DNA of 64,000 nt, taken from assembly GCA_907163075.1 (NCBI GenBank), contig CAJQTY010000003.1, positions 50,637 through 114,636 on the forward strand. The letters run 5' to 3'. Below the pieces are notes generated by a model that worked only from the letters and a program-made list of their open reading frames with translations, ran no database searches and had not been told where the DNA came from. Position 1 is the stretch's first letter; each line of letters begins with the position of its first letter. Position numbers and translations under genes: made by a program. Source of the stretch: an uncultured Rhodocyclaceae bacterium (GTDB lineage Bacteria > Pseudomonadota > Gammaproteobacteria > Burkholderiales > Rhodocyclaceae). Shown piece after piece: positions 57,203-64,000 of this stretch.

Positions 57203-59311
57203 TCAGATCCGCTCCCATATAGTGACTTCGGACAGCGTATGCTGGAACTTCCGCCGGGTTTCACGAATGACGAAGGGCACCGGCAGGGGACCGCGGATCA
57301 GGCGGAAGTGCTTTCCGAGAATGGACTTCAAGCCGTCAAGGGTGGTGAAGTTTTCGCCATCTTTCTTGAACCCGCCAATCCAGGCCTCGCGTTTCGTATG
57401 TTCCGGCAACCAGGTGTAGGGCGACGCGATCAACAGTACGCCGCCGGGATTGAGCCGTTCGTGCACCGCGGTGAGGAATTTTTCCGGGCTGTAAAGCCGG
57501 TCGATCAGGTTGGCGGCGAGAATCAGGTCGTAATCGGTAAATACCGGCTTCAGATTGCACGCGTCACCCTGGAAGAACTCGACCTTTTGCGCCACCGTGT
57601 CGAGCCCGAGTTCGGCGAGATTACGCTCCTTGTAGCTCACCAGTTCACCTTCCTCGACGAGCGTGTAGCGCAGGCTGCCGTGCTCGGCCAGCTGCACGCC
57701 GAGACTTATGAAGCGAGCGGAAAAATCGATGCCGGTGACCTGCGCGAAATGCCGTGCCAGTTCGAAGGCGGCGCGCCCGGTGGCGCAACCCAGATCCAGC
57801 GCTTTTCTCGCCGGTTTGTCAGCCATCGCTTCGATCGCCAGCCGGGCCAGCGCGCGCGGGAAATTCGGCACGTTGAAATATTCGTCGCCGTAGTGGAATT
57901 CGGCGTACTCGGAAACCAGCCGATCCGTTTCGTAGTGTGAAGTCTGCGCTGTGGCCGGCGCCTGGGCAACGACGTAGCGGAACCCGGCATGCTGAAAGAA
58001 ATGGCGGCGGAAGGCGTAGCGCGACTCGGGCAGCGCTTCGTTGCCGCAGGCGATCCACGAACCGCCCTTGATCAGGTTGTGGCGGCCGTCAAACGTAGGG
58101 GTCGTGAAGTCGTCATAAATCGCATGGACGGCGAAACCCTCGAAGGGATAAATCGGCGTTTCAGTCCACTGCCAGACGTTGCCGACCACGTCGAAAAGCG
58201 GGCCGTGCGCGAACTGGTTGACCGGGCACGACGAGGCGTAATGGTCAAGCTGGATGTTTGCCGGAGCCGGGGAGTCGGCGGGCAGTTGGCCGGCATCGGC
58301 AAAGCAGCGCAGCGCCTGCCACTCGTCTTCCGTTGGCAGGCGCACGGGCTGGCCGCTGACGCGCGCCTGCCACTGGCAAAACGCCTTGGCCTCGTGGTAG
58401 TTGGTTTCCACCGGCCAGTCCCAGGGCATCGGCACTTCCTCAAGCATCAGGCGCAGTCGCCATTGCGCGCCGTCCTTGACCCAGAAGGTCGGATGTTGCG
58501 CCTGGGTGTATTTTTTCCAGCCCGCCCCTTCCTCCAGCCACAGGGAATCGTCGGCATAGCCGCCGGCTTCGACGAAGGCCAGGAACTCCCGATTGCTCAC
58601 CAGGTACCGGCTGGCCTGGAACTCCGCGGTCGAGGCCTGGTGACGCCCGAATTCGTTGTCCCAGCCGTAGACGGGCTCGCTCCGGTCGCGGCCGACGCGA
58701 AACTCGGCGGGCGCAATCGCCACCAGTTCATTGCGCGGTGCCGTCGCGGTCTGTCGGCAGGGCGCCCAGGCCGGATGCGGCGCGACGTACTTCAACTCAT
58801 GCTGGCGGATCAGCACCGACGAGGTTTCGAGATGGATGCGCTCATGTTCGATGCCCATCAGCACCACCCACCACGAGTGATCCCAGCCAATCGGCAGGGT
58901 CAGCGGCTGGCTCCGGATCAACTGGTCAACGGTGGCCCGCACCGCCTGGCGATACGCCCTGACCTCCTCGACGCTTGGCCAGTCGTAACGCGCTTCGCTG
59001 AGGTCATCCCAGCTCATTTCATCGACGCCGACCGCGAACATCGACTCGAGTCGAGGATTGATACGGCTGTCTATCAATCCGGCCAACAGCAGCTTGTTGA
59101 TGAAAAAAGTCGCGGTATGGCCAAAGTAAAAAATCAGCGGATGACGCAAGGCGATCGGCTTTTTGTAATAGGCCTCGTCGCAGGTGAGCACCTCGAACAA
59201 TTGTCCGTAGCGGTCGAACGTGGCGTGGAAATAGTCAAGAATCTCCTTGCGCTTGTGCTCGACATCGGTGCCCGACAGCGGGGGCGATCTTGGAAAAACG
59301 GAACGTGGCAT
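57203..59311 (-). CDS. ovoA: ovothiol biosynthesis protein OvoA (5-histidylcysteine sulfoxide synthase fused to a 4-mercaptohistidine N1-methyltransferase)
   Basis: About 702 aa. DinB-like HPLIFYFGHTATFFINK, FGE-sulfatase-like GNVWQWTE..., C-terminal SAM methyltransferase ALDLGCATGRAAFEL. The three-domain order is that of OvoA. Confidence 0.88.
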   Translation of the reverse strand: MPRSVFPRSPPLSGTDVEHKRKEILDYFHATFDRYGQLFEVLTCDEAYYKKPIALRHPLIFYFGHTATFFINKLLLAGLIDSRINPRLESMFAVGVDEMSWDDLSEARYDWPSVEEVRAYRQAVRATVDQLIRSQPLTLPIGWDHSWWVVLMGIEHERIHLETSSVLIRQHELKYVAPHPAWAPCRQTATAPRNELVAIAPAEFRVGRDRSEPVYGWDNEFGRHQASTAEFQASRYLVSNREFLAFVEAGGYADDSLWLEEGAGWKKYTQAQHPTFWVKDGAQWRLRLMLEEVPMPWDWPVETNYHEAKAFCQWQARVSGQPVRLPTEDEWQALRCFADAGQLPADSPAPANIQLDHYASSCPVNQFAHGPLFDVVGNVWQWTETPIYPFEGFAVHAIYDDFTTPTFDGRHNLIKGGSWIACGNEALPESRYAFRRHFFQHAGFRYVVAQAPATAQTSHYETDRLVSEYAEFHYGDEYFNVPNFPRALARLAIEAMADKPARKALDLGCATGRAAFELARHFAQVTGIDFSARFISLGVQLAEHGSLRYTLVEEGELVSYKERNLAELGLDTVAQKVEFFQGDACNLKPVFTDYDLILAANLIDRLYSPEKFLTAVHERLNPGGVLLIASPYTWLPEHTKREAWIGGFKKDGENFTTLDGLKSILGKHFRLIRGPLPVPFVIRETRRKFQHTLSEVTIWERI

Positions 59312-59833
59312 AGGAAACCCGACCTTCAACAAAAGTGTGTGAATATCTTATCAGCCTCTCAAATCAAGGCCGCAGGATATCGCGATGCGGCTCGTATCAG
59401 GCACCTTTTGAGACGTGGACGACCGCCACCCACCGGAGCCATGCGCGAGACATGAAGAGGAGACGCGAAGCCAGCCAACTTCCGGTTCGGAAAAGGACCT
59501 CGCGGAAATATGCTGCTCGATGACAAGCGACGTTCCACACCAGATTCAAAGCGCATATCATTCCGGGAATCGGAATGCGGAGAAATAGACAAGGGCTGGA
59601 AATGTCATCCAATTTAGGTGATAATCAGACGCCTTGGGTAACGATTCGCAATAACCTGGGCACACGAGGCTGCATGGATTGCGGAAGTTTCGTCCCCGGC
59701 GAAGTTCGTACAGCTGGCACCACACCACGCATAGTTTTTTTTAGCCGTTTCTTGCGTCGAGATGATGGTTATGCAATCGCCACATGTGAAAGCATCCATT
59801 ATCAACTTTCGATTTTTTTAAAAGGGAAAGTGA

Positions 59834-60835
<1,002 letters not shown>

Positions 60836-60845
60836 TTCCCGGACA

Positions 60846-60878
60846 AAGGGGCACTCTTCAAAGTGCCCCTTTTTTTTC
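60846..60878 (+). terminator. Rho-independent terminator after gap
   Basis: AGGGGCACT-cttcaa-AGTGCCCCT followed by TTTTTTTT. Confidence 0.85.
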
Positions 60879-60905
60879 AACTTCAGTTTTGAATCGAGTA
60901 TTGCC

Positions 60906-62075
60906 ATGACATTCAAACGACTCACTGATCTCGACGTCTCCGGCAAGCGTGTTTTCATTCGCGCCGACCTGAACGTACCTCAAGACGACAACCTCGCCAT
61001 TACCGACGATACCCGCGTGCGCGCGGCGCTGCCTGGCGTCCAATACGCTCTGGCAAAGGGTGCTGCGGTAATGGTCACATCCCACCTTGGCCGCCCGACG
61101 GAAGGCGAGTTCAAGCCTGAAGACTCACTCGCTCCGGTCGCCAAGCGCATGTCTGAGCTGCTCGGCAAGGAAGTGCGCCTCGTCCAGAACTGGGTCGACG
61201 GCGGCTTCGAAGTCAAGCCCGGCGAGGTCGTCATGCTCGAAAACAGCCGCTGCAACAAAGGCGAGAAGAAGTGCAACGAAGATTTGTCGCAGAAGATGGC
61301 GGCGCTTTGCGATGTATGGGTGATGGACGCTTTCGGCACCGCACACCGCGCTGAAGCCACAACCTATGGCATGGGCAAGTACGCCAAAATCGCCTGCGCC
61401 GGACCGTGCGTTGCCTCGGAACTGGAAGCACTGACCAAGGCGCTCGCCCAGCCGGCTCGGCCGATGGTCGCCATCGTCGGCGGCTCCAAGGTGTCGACCA
61501 AGCTGACCGTGCTCGAGAGCTTGTCGTCCAAGGTTGACCAGCTGGTCGTTGGTGGCGGCATTGCCAACACCTTCCTGCTCGCTTCCGGCAAGAAGATCGG
61601 CAAGTCGCTGGCTGAACGCGATCTGGTCGACCAGGCGAAGGCGGTCATGGCCAAGGTCAAGGTTCCGCTGCCGACCGACGTGGTCTGCGCCAAGGAGTTT
61701 TCCGCGACGGCCGCCGCGACCGTCAAGAGTGTCGATGACGTGGATGATGACGACATGATTCTTGACATCGGCCCGGTATCGGCCAAGGCGCTGGCCGAAA
61801 TCATCGCCAACGCCGGCACGGTCGTATGGAACGGTCCGGTAGGAGTGTTCGAGATGGATGCGTTCGCCAACGGCACCAAGGCACTTGCAGCCGCCATTGC
61901 CAGTTCCAAGGCCTTCACCCTGGCCGGCGGCGGCGACACCGTCTCGGCCATTAACGTCTTCAAGATTGAAGACAAGGTCGGCTACATCTCCACCGCGGGC
62001 GGCGCTTTCCTTGAGTTCCTCGAGGGCAAACGTCTTCCGGCTGTCGATATCCTTGAATCGCGTTTCAAGGACTGA
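60906..62075 (+). CDS. pgk: phosphoglycerate kinase
   Basis: 389 aa. [22 protein letters not shown]. Confidence 0.97.
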   Translation: MTFKRLTDLDVSGKRVFIRADLNVPQDDNLAITDDTRVRAALPGVQYALAKGAAVMVTSHLGRPTEGEFKPEDSLAPVAKRMSELLGKEVRLVQNWVDGGFEVKPGEVVMLENSRCNKGEKKCNEDLSQKMAALCDVWVMDAFGTAHRAEATTYGMGKYAKIACAGPCVASELEALTKALAQPARPMVAIVGGSKVSTKLTVLESLSSKVDQLVVGGGIANTFLLASGKKIGKSLAERDLVDQAKAVMAKVKVPLPTDVVCAKEFSATAAATVKSVDDVDDDDMILDIGPVSAKALAEIIANAGTVVWNGPVGVFEMDAFANGTKALAAAIASSKAFTLAGGGDTVSAINVFKIEDKVGYISTAGGAFLEFLEGKRLPAVDILESRFKD

Positions 62076-62093
62076 TCGACGACGCTGTTCGAG

Positions 62094-62131
62094 ACCCGGG
62101 AGCAGGGCTTCCTGCTTCCCGGGTTCTCTTG
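62094..62131 (+). terminator. probable terminator after pgk
   Basis: CCCGGGAGCAG-ggcttc-CTGCTTCCCGGG (one bulge) followed by TTCTCTT. Confidence 0.5.
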
Positions 62132-62220
62132 CCCGAGAATGGCCTAGGCATCAAATGCATCGCCGATGCCTGAAAATGTACAACGTGTATTGACTACAAA
62201 GCCCAGAAGGTAGAACCGCC

Positions 62221-63774
62221 ATGACGATCAAGCCCGAACTGATAGAAACCTTGCGCAAAAAACGCGAGCACATCCAGCACAACATTACTCCGGAAAAGTT
62301 GGAGGCCTTGCACGCAAAGGGTCTGCTTTCGGCGCGTGAACGCATTCAGGTGTTGTTCGACGAAGGAACATTCCAGGAACTCGGCATGCACGCGCGGCAC
62401 AATGCGGTTCATTTCGGCATGGCAGGACGCGATCTGCCAGCGGACGGCGTAATTACCGGCTCCGGATATCTCGGCAGTCAGCAGATTGCCGCCTATTGCC
62501 AGGATTTCAGCGTATTGGCCGGCACCCTCGGCAAAATGCAGGCGCGCAAGATTACCCGCATCATGCGCTATGCCATCAAGACTGGCGTCCCGATCGTCGC
62601 TTTCAAAGACTCGGGAGGCGCGCGGATTCAGGAAGGTGTCGATGCCCTCTCCGGATACGGCGACGTCTTTTACGCCAACGTACTTCTGTCCGGCGTGGTT
62701 CCGCAGATCGCAGTGGTGTGCGGTCCCTGTGCCGGGGGCGCCGCCTACTCGCCGGCGCTGATGGACTTCGTCATCATGACGCGCAACAACTCGCACATGT
62801 TCCTGACCGGCCCCGAAGTCATCAAGGCCGTCACCGGACGCACGACCACCATGGCTGAAATCGGCAGCGCGGAAATGCATGCCTCGGTCAGCGGCAACGT
62901 CCACTTCATCGCTGAAGATGACCAGCACGCCATCGGGCTGGTCAAGCACATTCTGTCGTATCTGCCGTCGAATAACACCGAAGACCCACCGCACAACCTT
63001 TCCGCCCCGATTGACGAAAACCCCGACCATGGACTCGACGATCTCATTCCGGCTGACCCGTCCGAACCGCTTGAAATGCAATCGATCATCCGGCGCCTGG
63101 TAGACAACGGCGAACTGCTCGAAGTGCATGCCAGCTTTGCACGCAATGTCATTGTCGGCTTTGCCCGTTTCTCCGGCGTGATTGTCGGCATCGTCGCCAA
63201 TCAGCCGATGGTGATGGCCGGCGCGCTTGACCTTGATGCCGCAGACAAAGTCGCGCGTTTCGTCCGCACCTGCAACGTATTCAACATCCCGCTGGTCACC
63301 CTCGTTGACGTTCCCGGTTTCCTTCCAGGTGTCGACGAAGAGCGCGGCGGCATCATCCGGCATGGCGCCAAGATGCTTCACGCCTACGCGTCATGCACGA
63401 CGCCGAAAATCACGATCATCCTGCGCAAATCCTACGGCGGCTCCTACCTTGCCATGTGCAGCCAGGAACTCGGTGCCGATATGGTCTTCGCCTGGCCGAC
63501 TGCCGAAATCGCCGTCATGGGCGCCGAAGCGGCAGTCAAGATGCTTTATCGCAAGGATCTCGACAAGGCGGAAGACCGCCTGGCGCGTGCCGCCGAACTG
63601 GCCCAGGAATATCGCAATGAATTTGCTTCTCCCTACGAGGCGGCCTCCAACTTCTACATCACCGACGTTATCGAACCGTGCGAAACCCGATCAACCATAT
63701 CACTGGCGCTTCGCAAGACGCTGGGCAAACGTGAACTGCGCCCGAGCAAGAAGCACGGAAACATGCCAATGTAA
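62221..63774 (+). CDS. acyl-CoA carboxyltransferase subunit (methylmalonyl-CoA decarboxylase alpha / propionyl-CoA carboxylase beta family)
   Basis: 517 aa. KGLLSARERIQVLFDEGTF, DSGGARIQEGV, VVCGPCAGGAAYSPAL, ITIILRKSYGGSYLAM. Confidence 0.9.
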   Translation: MTIKPELIETLRKKREHIQHNITPEKLEALHAKGLLSARERIQVLFDEGTFQELGMHARHNAVHFGMAGRDLPADGVITGSGYLGSQQIAAYCQDFSVLAGTLGKMQARKITRIMRYAIKTGVPIVAFKDSGGARIQEGVDALSGYGDVFYANVLLSGVVPQIAVVCGPCAGGAAYSPALMDFVIMTRNNSHMFLTGPEVIKAVTGRTTTMAEIGSAEMHASVSGNVHFIAEDDQHAIGLVKHILSYLPSNNTEDPPHNLSAPIDENPDHGLDDLIPADPSEPLEMQSIIRRLVDNGELLEVHASFARNVIVGFARFSGVIVGIVANQPMVMAGALDLDAADKVARFVRTCNVFNIPLVTLVDVPGFLPGVDEERGGIIRHGAKMLHAYASCTTPKITIILRKSYGGSYLAMCSQELGADMVFAWPTAEIAVMGAEAAVKMLYRKDLDKAEDRLARAAELAQEYRNEFASPYEAASNFYITDVIEPCETRSTISLALRKTLGKRELRPSKKHGNMPM

Positions 63775-63794
63775 TTTGCGGAAAGCCGACAACC

Positions 63795-64000
63795 ATGCTT
63801 AGTTTAGCCACAATCAAAGCGCTTCAGATCTATGGCATTGCCATTGTCATTTCGATGGTCGTTGCCGTACTGATCAAGGTGCTGGTGCTTGCTACAAGCC
63901 GCGTCAAACAGGTGGCCAAAGCCTCCGAGACCCCACAGAAGCCGATCGTGCCGATAGCAGCTGGCACCAGAAAGGCCATCCCCGACGACGTGGTTGCGGC
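63795..64000 (+). CDS. OadG-like small membrane subunit of a Na+-translocating decarboxylase (5' partial, runs off the window)
   Basis: MLSLATIKALQIYGIAIVISMVVAVLIKVLVLATSRVKQ... One N-terminal TM helix, then a Pro/Ala-rich linker. Starts 20 nt after the carboxyltransferase stop. Confidence 0.55.
   Translation, partial: MLSLATIKALQIYGIAIVISMVVAVLIKVLVLATSRVKQVAKASETPQKPIVPIAAGTRKAIPDDVVA

Overview
High-GC proteobacterial chromosomal segment. Gene content, including several Bug/TctC-type binding proteins, suggests a betaproteobacterium, but that is inference only.

**1-2.5 kb:** remnant of an island anchored at tRNA-Val. It holds a P4-type integrase, a CopZ-like metallochaperone gene broken by one in-frame TAG, and the tail of a transposase gene.

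**2.5-8.9 kb:** conserved minus-strand block tRNA-Leu / tig-clpP-clpX-lon-hupB / tRNA-Val, with a consensus sigma32 promoter in front of lon.

**9-20.5 kb:**
- hpnC-hpnD-hpnE (squalene synthesis) with a tightly coupled unknown membrane protein
- a LacI-type repressor and GH1 beta-glucosidase separated by a perfect 16-bp operator palindrome
- a DUF342/FapA protein, a SAM methyltransferase, a YhcC-type radical SAM protein and an FHA protein

**20.6-28 kb:** six-gene minus-strand operon (dctPQM, an L-galactonate-5-dehydrogenase-like gene, uxaB, uxaA) behind a perfect sigma54 promoter. A PrpR-type sigma54 activator sits next to it.

**30-41.7 kb:** tctCBA, a Dcu carrier, a Gate-domain membrane protein, a MaoC-type hydratase, then parE-parC.

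**41.8-59.3 kb:** more mosaic.
- an orphan Bug protein, creA, a class V aminotransferase, cysB and sbp
- two decayed IS110-type transposase N-termini
- a YheO-regulator / OCD-like / dehydratase operon
- a split YeeE/YedE pair
- a PEP-CTERM protein and a lipoprotein hydrolase with an out-of-frame PEP-CTERM tail
- a deleted fragment of a paralog of the MaoC gene
- an ovoA-SDR-secreted nuclease operon

**Right end:** gap-pgk and the start of a Na+-decarboxylase-like cluster.

Four copies of a 75-92 bp REP/BIME-like palindromic element are scattered through the window. I saw no CRISPR array, no rRNA and no recognisable defence system. I cannot confidently call any cluster a new system; the best candidates are listed as findings with explicit tests.
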